A stretch of 64,000 nt of DNA, taken from positions 528,316-592,315 of the forward strand of contig CASEPN010000001.1 in the NCBI GenBank assembly GCA_949289845.1. Reading direction: 5' to 3'. The DNA comes from an uncultured Bacillota bacterium. Its GTDB lineage: Bacteria; Bacillota_I; Bacilli_A; RFN20; CAG-826. The position numbers and the translations under genes are program-made. Below, in pieces: positions 18,613-28,669 of this stretch; within the stretch, counting starts at the first letter, position 1; every line of letters starts with the position of its first letter. The notes below the pieces were generated by a model. It did no database searches and was not told where the DNA came from. It worked only from the letters and a program-made list of their open reading frames with translations.

Positions 18613-20770
18613 TGGAGATGGAGACCCTCCCCTTGTTGTCCGTGCCGAAGGGCCGGGACTCGACTCTCACACGGAAAGAACGGTAAGTTTCTTCAATGAC
18701 GTAGGTCTTCGGGGCGTAGCGGTCCATCCCCATCCCCTCCCCAGCGAGGAGGTCGTAGGCTAGTTCCCAGTCGTCCTCATCGGGATTCCTTTCAGTCGAG
18801 AGTTCAATTACCGCGACACTCTCGCTCGGGTTTAGATACTCCCGCTCGCTCCAGAGGGAGAGGGAAATCTCGAGATGGTCATATGTTTTCTCCTGAAAGC
18901 TAACTTCGAAGTAGGACTCGCCGTGTCCCTCGCGCCTTGGGGAGCGGTTGATCCAGTCGTCTTGAATCTTCCCGCAGCGGAGACGCCTGATGGTAAGTAC
19001 GTCGTCGGGAAGAGACTTCGTGGTAACTTCCTCCTCCGCGCAGTAGGACTCGGGAAGAGCAAAATTACTTGCGCCCAGCCTACGGGTACCCTGGTAGAGG
19101 CTAACCAGCTTGAACGCGGACCAGTAAGGTCCGCTGAGCGGGTCTCCCGACTGGTATCCGACTACGCTGACGTAGCAGGCCTCAAAAGGCTGGCAGGAAG
19201 TGCGTACTAGGCTCATTTCCTCCTCAGTGAGGACAAGATCATGCTCATCGCTGTGCAAGGCGTTCGGGGTGAGCCGAGCACCGCCGATCCCCGTAAGACG
19301 AAATAGCTCGTATCCTGTAGAATCGAGGAAAGCAACGTCAAAGAGGTCTGGCGGAAGGACCTCCGACCCGTTCATCTTGAAAGTGACAGTCATAGTGTCC
19401 TGGCTATTGCGGGACGCAACTATGATTTCTGGGGCAATGTGATGGTAAGCGAGGCACTCCCCAAGGCGCGAGCGCCAGCTCTCTTGGGCAGCGTACATAT
19501 AAGTGGCGAACTGCGGGAAACTCATCACGCCAGAGAGCACCGTCGCGTTCCAGAACCCGTCCAGGCCTAGTTCAAGGCCAAAGTCGCCCCCTAGATAGAG
19601 GTCGAGGAGAAAGGCAACGATGGCCTTCTCCTGGGCCTCGCAAGAATGTACGTCAAAACTAAATGCCGAATAATCGTTGAATTCTTGCAATGGATTTATG
19701 TTATTCCCCCACGAAAAATGGGACAAATGGTCATTGCATTGGTCTACGACAATCATGCTGAAGGCCTCCGCCCATCCTTCCGACCATGCGAACTTGAGGG
19801 CAAGGGGCTTCGATCTTTTTTCGAAATGGTCATCGGTGGTCTTATGCGATGGCGGCCCCTCAGCGAAGAGTTCATCGATGTTCATTGGATAAACTCCCAT
19901 AACATGCTGCACAAAATGTCCATATTCGTGAAACATGGTGCCTGGTTTCTTCCACCCTTCATCAAAGATGCCGCCGAACCAGTAATGGCTAAAGGACGTA
20001 ATGTCAAACCAGTCGATGTCCGCGACATACCAGAAGCTGATCGGTTTACCGTCCACCCCTGTGTCAGGCATGGAAAACTCCTCAAGGGCCACTTTCTCCG
20101 CAAGCCTGAGCCAATGGCAAGCGAGAAGGGATTTTGTGAATCGATCGGGATTCCCATAGTCAACATTGACATTAAGGTAAAAGGAAACCCTATGGCCCGG
20201 GCCGGGAAAGTCCCAATACAAGTAATAACGGGCATATGGGTCACCAATCAGTATGTTGCTTCCGCCAGAGACAGGAGAGACTTCAAAGGTCCGTCCGGCG
20301 GCGAGAATGGTGAACTTGGCGAAGATGGTCCAATTGAGCAATCCATAGTCAAAGTCACTCTCATAGGCATAATTCCCGTACGTCCCCGTATAACCAGAAA
20401 ATCGTTCCAAAGGTACTTCACCGGAATCGGCAAACATGGTCGAGTACAGCGTCACTTGAACCGAAATTCCCTCAAGATCGAAGGTGTGGCCCAAATAGGT
20501 CATGCTGACGTTAATCGTAAATAGAACGCCCTCGCAATCATATTCGTCAACTGTGACGCCATAGTCGTAGGCAGAGGTTGCCCCTTCGCTCTGCAGGGCA
20601 AGTGAACTCTCGCCCGAACTTAATTGCAGGTCGTCAACGTTAGAATGTTCGTTCACGGAAGAGTCCGCCAAAGCCGAGGCAGCATGGCTTTCCTTCGTCT
20701 CGGAGGTTCCGGGAAGACCGGAGGCGTAGGAGACCGCTGCGACCAATGTGCATAACAATTCACTTATCAT
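18596..20770 (-). CDS. Secreted zinc metallopeptidase (HExxH, gluzincin-like) with C-terminal beta domains
   Basis: Signal-like N-terminus MISELLCTLVAAVSYASG, then FHEYGH followed by AWSEGWAEAF. GC is lower than in the core genes. Confidence 0.75.
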   Translation of the reverse strand: MISELLCTLVAAVSYASGLPGTSETKESHAASALADSSVNEHSNVDDLQLSSGESSLALQSEGATSAYDYGVTVDEYDCEGVLFTINVSMTYLGHTFDLEGISVQVTLYSTMFADSGEVPLERFSGYTGTYGNYAYESDFDYGLLNWTIFAKFTILAAGRTFEVSPVSGGSNILIGDPYARYYLYWDFPGPGHRVSFYLNVNVDYGNPDRFTKSLLACHWLRLAEKVALEEFSMPDTGVDGKPISFWYVADIDWFDITSFSHYWFGGIFDEGWKKPGTMFHEYGHFVQHVMGVYPMNIDELFAEGPPSHKTTDDHFEKRSKPLALKFAWSEGWAEAFSMIVVDQCNDHLSHFSWGNNINPLQEFNDYSAFSFDVHSCEAQEKAIVAFLLDLYLGGDFGLELGLDGFWNATVLSGVMSFPQFATYMYAAQESWRSRLGECLAYHHIAPEIIVASRNSQDTMTVTFKMNGSEVLPPDLFDVAFLDSTGYELFRLTGIGGARLTPNALHSDEHDLVLTEEEMSLVRTSCQPFEACYVSVVGYQSGDPLSGPYWSAFKLVSLYQGTRRLGASNFALPESYCAEEEVTTKSLPDDVLTIRRLRCGKIQDDWINRSPRREGHGESYFEVSFQEKTYDHLEISLSLWSEREYLNPSESVAVIELSTERNPDEDDWELAYDLLAGEGMGMDRYAPKTYVIEETYRSFRVRVESRPFGTDNKGRVSISNVVIS

Positions 20771-20890
20771 GTAGCAAGAATACCATATCTATGCGCTTAC
20801 ATATTTTCACTACTTTCCTTCCGCTTCGATGAAAAGGCACCAGATTGGCCTGCCACCTTCGACTCCCATGAACCGCTAAGTCGCCGGCCC

Positions 20891-21508
20891 CTAAGAATTC
20901 AGAATCTCGATCTCGTCTTCGCCAGTCCAACGGAAGTTTACAGAAAGGGATCGGAAAACGGTCGGGCGATTCGAGGCGTTCTTGTCCGGTATGTAAAGAA
21001 TACATATATAGGCCACGCGAAAGGGTCTTCCTCCCCTCTTCGGCCGGGCCGAAGATAAAGCGAGGGATCCGCAGGGATTCTTCGTATTTCAAGGGCCAGG
21101 GGCGCCACCAGTCGACATTGGCCGCCCGCTCAGGGATGAAGAACTCCTCGGCCTCCCAGTAACGGAGCCATGCCCCTCCTCTGACCCATTCTTCCTTAAA
21201 CCCTCCCGGTGGTTCCTTCCCCGTGAGATTGATTGTCTCCTCGCCATTTTCGTAAGGACCAACTGAAGCCCTGAGCGCGATTCCGGCTTCAGAAAACTGG
21301 GTCCCCTCATCGTCATAGGCAGTAAGCAGCTGAATCGTAAGCCCGTCTCCTACTTCATAATCGAAGGAGTCGCCGTGAACCATGAAATTCAGGGCGGAAT
21401 CAGCCCCACTGGCGAACTCTCGACACTCCCCGAGGAACAAGGCACACGAGGAGAGAGAGAAAGAAGGACGACCGGCAGGAATGCCAGAACCCTACGTAGC
21501 ATCGGCAT
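20891..21508 (-). pseudogene. Lipoprotein paralog A' with two frameshifts
   Basis: Removing one TC from the (TC)5 tract (21451-21460) restores the lipobox LLSLSSC. A second shift near 21030 restores the C-terminus VNFRWTGEDEIEILNS*, matching IDFRWVGEDEIEILPD* of paralog A. NLTGxEPxGGF, WLRYW and YEExLxIPRF are shared. Confidence 0.8.
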
Positions 21509-21702
21509 GCGTGACGTAGGCTCTCCTCTCCTGAACTCCGCGCCTAAGCGAGATAGCGTATCTCTGAAAAACATTCCTATGAATTGTTCTCCCGATGGCA
21601 ACATTTGCCATGCAATAAAACCTGGAATGATGTCCCTGCGGAAGCCTTATTTCCCCCCTTCCACAGAAGGACGGGAGGACGCCTTCGCGATATACTCCAG
21701 CC

Positions 21703-24700
21703 ATGGACTTCGCCCCCCTCAACATCGTCACCGGGTACACCTATCTCGAAAGCGGCATTACCGCGACTCGGGCGGCGAAGGAAGCGAGGAAGCACGGCTA
21801 CCCCGGGATCGGGATTCAGGACACCGACACCCTCGCGGGAATCGCACCCTTCGAGTCCGAGGCCAGGGGGATGAGGCTAGGCTCCGCCCTCGGGACGAGG
21901 TTCTCCCTCCTTCCCTCCCTCGCCCTCTACATCAAGGAAGAGAGGGGCTACCGGAACCTCCTGAAGCTCGATTCTTTAAGGGAAGAAGGAATCCTTAGAG
22001 AGGACGACTTCTTCACCCATGCGGAGGGGCTCCTCGCGGTGCTCGTCCCCTCCCCCGGGGTTTCCTTCGAGAGAAGGATCCTCGAAAAGGCTGCCAAGGC
22101 GTTCCATGACCTCTGGATCGGTCTCCCCCTCCTTCCCAAGGAGGAGATGGACTCCTGGAGGGGCTTCGCGAAGGATCGCGGGATTCCCGTCGCGGCATTC
22201 CCCGAGGTCCGCTACTGGAGGAAGGAGGACCATGTCGCCCTCCTCATGCTCCATGCGATCAAGGAGCAGGAGAAGCTTTCAATCAAGGAAGCGGAAGGGA
22301 ATCTCTTCTTTCCCACACCGGAATCCCTGCAGAAGTCCTACCTGCCTGAGGAAATCAAGGAATCTGTCGCGATACTTAGGAAATGCATGGGATTCCGCTA
22401 CGTCGTGGAAAGAGGAACGCCCCTCCTTTACCCCGAGGCGAAGGAAGAGGGGGCCGCGCCCTATCTCCGGAGAGTCGCGGAGGAGGGGCTCCGGAGGAAA
22501 GGGAAACTCGAAAAGCCCGGCTACCGGGAAAGGCTCGACTACGAGCTGAGGACGATCGAGAAGACGGGCTTCAGCGACTACATGCTCATCGTCCAGGAAT
22601 ACGTGGACGAGGCGAGGAGGAGGGGCATCCTCGTAGGGCCTGGAAGAGGCTCCGCCCCGGGGTCCCTCGTCGCCTACGCCCTCGGGATCACGATGCCCGA
22701 CCCCCTCGAGCACGGCCTTCTCTTCGAGCGCTTCCTCAACCCCGAGAGGAAGTCGATGCCGGACATCGACGTCGACTTCGAGGACGTGAGGAGGGACGAG
22801 CTCTTCCTGCATCTTGAGGAACGCTACGGCAAGGAAAGGACCGCGAGGATCCTCGCCGTCCAGACCATCAAGGCGAAGAAGGCCCTCGACGACGTCGGGC
22901 GCATCTATTCCTACCCCGAGAGCGACATCTCCCTCCTCAAGGGGAAGATCCTCGATGACGACCGCTCCCTCCGGGACGACTACCGCCTGGACAAGGACTT
23001 CCGTTCCCTCGTCGACAGCGATCCCTACTACCTCGAGATCGTCTCCCTCGCCTCCAAGATCGAAGGGCTCCCCCGGCAGGAAGGGCTTCATGCCCCGGGG
23101 GCGCTTTTGAACGAAACCCCCCTGGGAGAGGCCCTCCCCCTCCACGAGAGGGACGGGACGAGGGTCGCCCTCCTTGACAAGGACCATCTCGAGCCCCAGG
23201 GCTTCCTCAAGATGGACCTCCTCCCCCTCACGAACCTCAGCACCATCCGCCTCGTCCTCGAGGACGTCCGCGAAAAGGAAGGGAAGGAACTTTCCTACGA
23301 GGACATCCCCTATGACGACGAGGAGGCGATCGCTCTCATCAGGAGGGGCGAGACGATGGGCCTCTTCCAGCTGGAGAGCCCAGGCATGAAGCGGGCGATC
23401 GAGGAGGTGCGGCCCACCTCCTTCGGGGACATCGCCGCGATCGAGGCGCTCTTCCGCCCCGGCCCCATGGGGCAGATCCCCCTTTACGCCAGGAGGAAGA
23501 ACGGGAAGGAGGAGACGAGCTATCCCATGGAAGCGCTCCGCCCGATCCTCGAGGAGACCTACGGCATCATCGTCTACCAGGAGCAGGTCATGGAGATTTG
23601 CCGGAAGGCCGCGGGGATGAGCTACGGGGAAAGCGACCTCTTCCGGAGGGCCATCGCGAAGAAGGACGCGGAGAAGCTCCACGCCCTCCGCCCCCGCTTC
23701 CTCGAGGGCATGCGGAGGAAGGGCCACACGGAGAAGGAGGCCGAGGACCTCTACTCCCTCATCGAGCGCTTCGCCGACTACGGCTTCAACAAGTCCCACG
23801 CGGTGAGCTACGCGATGCTCACCTGCCAGATGGCCTATCTAAAGGCGCGCTTCCCCCGGAGCTTCTACGCGGCCATCCTCCAGGGCATGGGCCCCGGGGA
23901 GAGGAAGTTCCGCGATGTCCTCTCGGAGATGAGGAGAAGGGGCATGCGGCTCCTCCTTCCCGACGTGAACAGGTCGGGGTTCCGCTTCGAGGCGGAGGAA
24001 GGGGGCATCCGCGCCCCCCTCTCCTTCGTGAAGGAGATCCCCGGGAACCTCGTGAGGGGGATCCTCGAGGAACGGGAGGAGAACGGGCCGTACAAGGATC
24101 TCTTCGACTTCGCCGCGAGGGCGAGGAAGAAAGGCCTGCAGCTGAAGCACCTCGTCCGTCTCATGGACGGAGGGGCGCTGGACTGCTTCCATGAGACCCG
24201 CGCCACCCTCAGGGCGAGCGCCCCTCGGGCGATGGACTACGCGCGGATGCTCGTTGGCGATGACGGGAGCGCCCTTCTCGTCGACTTCGACGCCCCGAAG
24301 CCCTCCCTCCGGAAGGCGGAGGAGGACCCAAGGGTCGCCCTCGAGGCGGAAAAGGAGGCGCTCGGGATCATGCTCTCCGGCTCGCCCCTCGCCCATCTTT
24401 CCGAGACCATCCGGAAGTCCGGGGCGATCCCTCTTTCGGACATTCCGGAATCCGGAAGCTTCCTGACGGTCGGGCTCGTCAAGGCCGTCCGCGCCCGCCT
24501 CACCAAGTCCGGGAAGAAGATGGCCTACCTCGAGGTCCAGGACGAGGCGGGGGAGGAAAGCTTCACCTTGTGGGAGGAGTGCTACCGCGAGGCCTATCCC
24601 CTCCTCAAGGCGGACAGGCCCCTTCTTCTCAAGGGCCACGTGAACATGTACAAGGGAAGGCGGAGCCTCGTCCTCGACGAGGCGCGCCCCCTCCTGGAGG

Positions 24701-24705
24701 AATAA
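21703..24705 (+). CDS. dnaE: DNA polymerase III alpha subunit (DnaE)
   Basis: GPGRGSAPGSLVAY, LLFERFLNPER, MPDIDVDF, ALFRPGP, YGIIVYQEQVM and YGFNKSHA. The PHP domain is degenerate. Confidence 0.96.
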   Translation: MDFAPLNIVTGYTYLESGITATRAAKEARKHGYPGIGIQDTDTLAGIAPFESEARGMRLGSALGTRFSLLPSLALYIKEERGYRNLLKLDSLREEGILREDDFFTHAEGLLAVLVPSPGVSFERRILEKAAKAFHDLWIGLPLLPKEEMDSWRGFAKDRGIPVAAFPEVRYWRKEDHVALLMLHAIKEQEKLSIKEAEGNLFFPTPESLQKSYLPEEIKESVAILRKCMGFRYVVERGTPLLYPEAKEEGAAPYLRRVAEEGLRRKGKLEKPGYRERLDYELRTIEKTGFSDYMLIVQEYVDEARRRGILVGPGRGSAPGSLVAYALGITMPDPLEHGLLFERFLNPERKSMPDIDVDFEDVRRDELFLHLEERYGKERTARILAVQTIKAKKALDDVGRIYSYPESDISLLKGKILDDDRSLRDDYRLDKDFRSLVDSDPYYLEIVSLASKIEGLPRQEGLHAPGALLNETPLGEALPLHERDGTRVALLDKDHLEPQGFLKMDLLPLTNLSTIRLVLEDVREKEGKELSYEDIPYDDEEAIALIRRGETMGLFQLESPGMKRAIEEVRPTSFGDIAAIEALFRPGPMGQIPLYARRKNGKEETSYPMEALRPILEETYGIIVYQEQVMEICRKAAGMSYGESDLFRRAIAKKDAEKLHALRPRFLEGMRRKGHTEKEAEDLYSLIERFADYGFNKSHAVSYAMLTCQMAYLKARFPRSFYAAILQGMGPGERKFRDVLSEMRRRGMRLLLPDVNRSGFRFEAEEGGIRAPLSFVKEIPGNLVRGILEEREENGPYKDLFDFAARARKKGLQLKHLVRLMDGGALDCFHETRATLRASAPRAMDYARMLVGDDGSALLVDFDAPKPSLRKAEEDPRVALEAEKEALGIMLSGSPLAHLSETIRKSGAIPLSDIPESGSFLTVGLVKAVRARLTKSGKKMAYLEVQDEAGEESFTLWEECYREAYPLLKADRPLLLKGHVNMYKGRRSLVLDEARPLLEE

Positions 24706-24708
24706 AGG

Positions 24709-27270
24709 ATGAAAGCATACGTGATCGACGGGAACTCCCTCCTCTTCCGCGGCTTCTACGCGACGAGCTACGGCGAGGGCCCCATCATGCGGACCAAGGG
24801 AGGCGTGCCCACGAACGCGATCTACGCCTTCGGGAACATGATCGCGCGCATCCTCCACGACGTGGAGAAGGGGGACGCCCTCTTTGTCGCCTTCGACGCG
24901 GACGGGCACACCTTCCGGAAGGAGGAGTACGAGGGCTACAAGGCCACGAGGCGCCCCTGCCCGGAGGACCTCGTCCCCCAGTTCCCCATCAGCAGGGAGA
25001 TGCTGGACGCGCTCGGGATCTGCCACTACGAGGAGCACGGGGTCGAGGCCGACGACATCGCCGGGTCCCTGGCCAAGTCCCTTTCGCGGAAGGGATACGA
25101 GGTGTATCTCTACACGAGCGACCGCGACTACCTCCAGCTCATCGACGAGAGGGTGAAGGTCCTCCTCCCCCAGAAGGGCCTGAGCGAGACCAAGACCATG
25201 GACCTCGCCTCCCTCAAGGAGGAGATGGGCCTCTCCCCCGCGCAGATCGTCGACTACAAGGGGCTTAGGGGCGACGACTCGGACAACCTCCCGGGGATCC
25301 GGGGGGTGGGCGAGAAGACCGCCCTGAAGCTCCTTTCCCAGTACGGCACCTTCCCCTCCATCATGGAGCACAAGGACGAGATCCCCGGGAAGCTCGGCGA
25401 GAAGGTGCGGGACGGGGAGAAGGATGGCTGGCTTTCCTACCGCCTGGCGCGCATCAAGACGGACGTCCCTCTCCCCTTCGAGGAAGAGGAGGTGCTCTAC
25501 CGCGGCTACGACGAGAAGAAGGCCGCGGAGTTCGCCGCGAAGTACGAGTTCCGGACCTTCCTGCAGCGCCTCCCCGCCACCCTCCGGGGAAGGGAGGTCT
25601 CCCGGAAGGAACGGAGGAGAGCCTCTTCCTTTTCCGAGTTATCAGAAGAAGGCAGAATCGCCATCTACGGGCCCGTCCATAGGAATGACTATCACCATGA
25701 GGGGCTCCAAGGGCTCGCGCTGAGCGACGGAGAGAGTTCCCTTTTCGTCCCCAGGGAAAGGATCCTGGAGGAGGAAGGGCTCAGGGAATTCCTCGAGGAT
25801 GAGGAGAGGAAGAAGGTCCTCTTCGACCGGAAATCCTTGGAATACTCCCTCGAAACTCTCGGAATCGCCCTCAAAGGCGTGGAGGAGGACATCCTCCTCC
25901 TCTCCTATCTCCTCGACTCGAACGGGAAGGGGGACCCTGAGGAGACCTTCCTTTCCCAGGGGATCGCACTCCCCGAGGGAAGCGGGGAGGAAAGGGCGAT
26001 CGCGATATGCGAGAGCTCCCTCGACGCCCTCCCGGGGATGCTCCGGAGGATCCACGAGGAAGGGACGGAAAGGCTCTACTACCAGATCGAGCTCCCCCTC
26101 GCCCATGTTCTCGCGCGCATGGAGCGGGAAGGAATCCCCCTCAGGAAGGAGACCCTCGAGGAGTTCGGGGAGGAGTTCCGGAGGAAGAGGGACGAGGCCC
26201 GGGAGAAGGTCCTCTCCTACGCGAAGGAGGAGACGAACCTCAACAGCCCCTCCCAGGTCGCCCGGCTCCTTTATGACGAGCTGAAGCTTCCCGCTCCGCG
26301 CGGGAGGACGACATCCGTCGAGGCGCTCCGCCTCCTCGAGGACGTTCACCCGGCGATTCCCGCGCTCCTTGATTACCGGAAGTACCAGAAGCTCCTCTCC
26401 ACCTACGTCGAAGGACTTGTTCCCCACATATTCGAGGACGGGAAGATCCACACCTACTTCAACCAGTCGGAGACCTCGACGGGCCGGCTCTCGAGCTCCC
26501 AGCCGAACCTCCAGAACATCAGCGCTCGCGACGAGGAAAGCCGTTTGATCCGGAAGGCGTTCCTCTATGAGGAGGAGGACATCGGCTTCCTTTCCCTCGA
26601 CTACAGTCAGATCGAGCTCCGCATCCTCGCGGAGATGTCGAAGTCCCCTGGCTACCGCGCCCTCTTCCTCGAGGGGCATGACGTCCATTCCGAGACCGCG
26701 AGGCGCATCTTCGGGAAGGAGGAGGTCACCCACGAGGAGAGGAGGAAGGCCAAGGCGGTCAACTTCGCGATCATCTACGGGACCACCATCCACGGGCTCG
26801 CCGACCAGATCGGGGTGCCTTACGAGGAGGCGCGCGCGATCATCGACTCCTTCTACGGGGCCTATCCCGAGGTCAAGGAGTTCCTCGACAAGATTGTGAG
26901 GGGCGCGGAGGAAAAGGGCTACGTCGAGACGATGCTCGGGAGAAGGCGCTACCTCCGCGAGATCCATGACCCGAGCTTCCCTAGGAGGGAGGCGGCGAGG
27001 AGAGCGGCGATGAACGCGCCCATCCAGGGAAGCGCCGCCGACCTCATCAAGGCGGCCATGGTGAAGGTGGACGCCTTCCTCGAGGGGAAGGAGGACGTAT
27101 GCCGCCTCATCCTCCAGGTGCACGACGAGCTCATCTTCGCCTGCCGGAAGGACAAGGCCGAGGAGATGGGCGAGGCCCTTAGGAAGATCATGGAGGAGGC
27201 GCTCCCGATGGAAGTCCCCCTCAAGGCGGAGATGGGCTTCGGAAGAAGTTGGTACGAGGCCAAGGAGTGA
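24709..27270 (+). CDS. polA: DNA polymerase I
   Basis: IDGNSLLFRGFYA, EADDIAG, GDDSDNLPG, TGRLSSSQPNLQNI, DYSQIELRILA, KAVNFAIIYG and LQVHDEL. Confidence 0.97.
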   Translation: MKAYVIDGNSLLFRGFYATSYGEGPIMRTKGGVPTNAIYAFGNMIARILHDVEKGDALFVAFDADGHTFRKEEYEGYKATRRPCPEDLVPQFPISREMLDALGICHYEEHGVEADDIAGSLAKSLSRKGYEVYLYTSDRDYLQLIDERVKVLLPQKGLSETKTMDLASLKEEMGLSPAQIVDYKGLRGDDSDNLPGIRGVGEKTALKLLSQYGTFPSIMEHKDEIPGKLGEKVRDGEKDGWLSYRLARIKTDVPLPFEEEEVLYRGYDEKKAAEFAAKYEFRTFLQRLPATLRGREVSRKERRRASSFSELSEEGRIAIYGPVHRNDYHHEGLQGLALSDGESSLFVPRERILEEEGLREFLEDEERKKVLFDRKSLEYSLETLGIALKGVEEDILLLSYLLDSNGKGDPEETFLSQGIALPEGSGEERAIAICESSLDALPGMLRRIHEEGTERLYYQIELPLAHVLARMEREGIPLRKETLEEFGEEFRRKRDEAREKVLSYAKEETNLNSPSQVARLLYDELKLPAPRGRTTSVEALRLLEDVHPAIPALLDYRKYQKLLSTYVEGLVPHIFEDGKIHTYFNQSETSTGRLSSSQPNLQNISARDEESRLIRKAFLYEEEDIGFLSLDYSQIELRILAEMSKSPGYRALFLEGHDVHSETARRIFGKEEVTHEERRKAKAVNFAIIYGTTIHGLADQIGVPYEEARAIIDSFYGAYPEVKEFLDKIVRGAEEKGYVETMLGRRRYLREIHDPSFPRREAARRAAMNAPIQGSAADLIKAAMVKVDAFLEGKEDVCRLILQVHDELIFACRKDKAEEMGEALRKIMEEALPMEVPLKAEMGFGRSWYEAKE

Positions 27271-27274
27271 GCTC

Positions 27275-28666
27275 ATGCCCGAGCTGCCGGAAGTAAGGAC
27301 CGTCGCCAGGACCCTCGACCGCCTCCTCAAGGGGAAGGCCATCGAGGGGATCGAGATCTACCGCGAGAAGAACGTCCTCGACGGGAAGGACCACTTCGTC
27401 TCGCTCCTCTTCGGGAAGAGGTTCCTTTCCGTCGATAGCCACGGGAAGAACCTCCTCTTCCATCTTTCCGAAGGAACGGCGATCCTCGCCCACCTCCGCA
27501 TGGAAGGAAAGTACTTCCTCCGGGACGAGGGGGAAGAGAGGGGGAAGCACGACATCCTCCTTTTCCACCTTGCCGGAGGGAAAGCGCTCGTCTATCAGGA
27601 CGTCAGGAAGTTCGGCACCCTCGAGGCGAGGAAGGAAGAGGAGCTATGGGACCGCCCTCCCTTATCTCTCCTCGGCCCTGAGCCATGGGACGCGGACCCA
27701 GGGGAAATTTACAGGAAGATGCACCGTTCCAAGAAACCCGTCAAGGAACTCCTCATGGATCAAAGGATCCTCGCGGGCATCGGGAACATATATGCGGACG
27801 AGAGCCTCTTCGAGGCAAAGGTCCACCCCCTCCGTCCCGGCCTCACCATAACGGAAGAGGAGACGAACCTCCTCCTCAAGGCCGCCTCCTCCATCATGAA
27901 GGAGGCGATCGAGCGGGGCGGGAGCACGATAAAGAGCTACCACCCGGAGAAAGGGGTGGACGGTAGGATGCAGCTCTTCCTAAAGGCGTACGGCCACGGG
28001 AACGAGCCCTGCCCGAGATGCGGATTCCCCCTCCGGAGGCTCGAGGTCGGAGGGAGGGGCACGACCTTCTGCCCCCTTTGTCAGAAGGACCCGGGGAAGC
28101 CTCTCCTCATCGGGGTCACCGGGACCATCGCCTCCGGGAAAAGCACCTTCTCCCATCATCTGGAAGAGAAGGGATATACGAGGATTTCCGCGGACGAGAT
28201 CGTGCGAGATCTCTATGAAAACCCTTCGATAATCAAGCAGATCGGCCGTATCGCCGGGGTTAATGCGGTCGAAGGAGGAAGAATCCGGAAGGACGTCCTC
28301 CTCAGGAAGATGGGCGAGGACCCACGCATCCGCGCGAGGGTGGAGAAACTCGTCCATCCCAGGGTGTTCAAGGAAATCCTTTCGCGAGTAAAGAAGATCC
28401 CTCACGAGGGGAAGGCGGTGGTCGAGGTGCCTCTCCTCCTAGGCTCCCCGATCGAGGAAACGATGGACCTCGTCGTCTTCGTCCACGCGAAGGAGGAGAT
28501 GGTCCGGGAAAGGCTCCTCGCCCGTGGGAAGGACCCGAGGGAGGCCCTCAAGGTGAGCCCGAGGTTCGACAAGGGCGAGGTCAGGCGGAAATGCGGCCTG
28601 ATCCTGGATGGGTCAGGGCCCTTGTCTTCCTTTCTCGAGGAAATCGACGGAATTCCCTATCTCTAG
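27275..28666 (+). CDS. mutM: Fused formamidopyrimidine-DNA glycosylase / dephospho-CoA kinase (MutM-CoaE)
   Basis: N-terminal PELPEV, HLRMEG, GIGNIYADE and zinc finger CPRC...CPLCQ, followed in frame by IGVTGTIASGKST, ADEIV, LVHPRV and VEVPLL (CoaE). Confidence 0.92.
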   Translation: MPELPEVRTVARTLDRLLKGKAIEGIEIYREKNVLDGKDHFVSLLFGKRFLSVDSHGKNLLFHLSEGTAILAHLRMEGKYFLRDEGEERGKHDILLFHLAGGKALVYQDVRKFGTLEARKEEELWDRPPLSLLGPEPWDADPGEIYRKMHRSKKPVKELLMDQRILAGIGNIYADESLFEAKVHPLRPGLTITEEETNLLLKAASSIMKEAIERGGSTIKSYHPEKGVDGRMQLFLKAYGHGNEPCPRCGFPLRRLEVGGRGTTFCPLCQKDPGKPLLIGVTGTIASGKSTFSHHLEEKGYTRISADEIVRDLYENPSIIKQIGRIAGVNAVEGGRIRKDVLLRKMGEDPRIRARVEKLVHPRVFKEILSRVKKIPHEGKAVVEVPLLLGSPIEETMDLVVFVHAKEEMVRERLLARGKDPREALKVSPRFDKGEVRRKCGLILDGSGPLSSFLEEIDGIPYL

Positions 28667-28669
28667 AGC

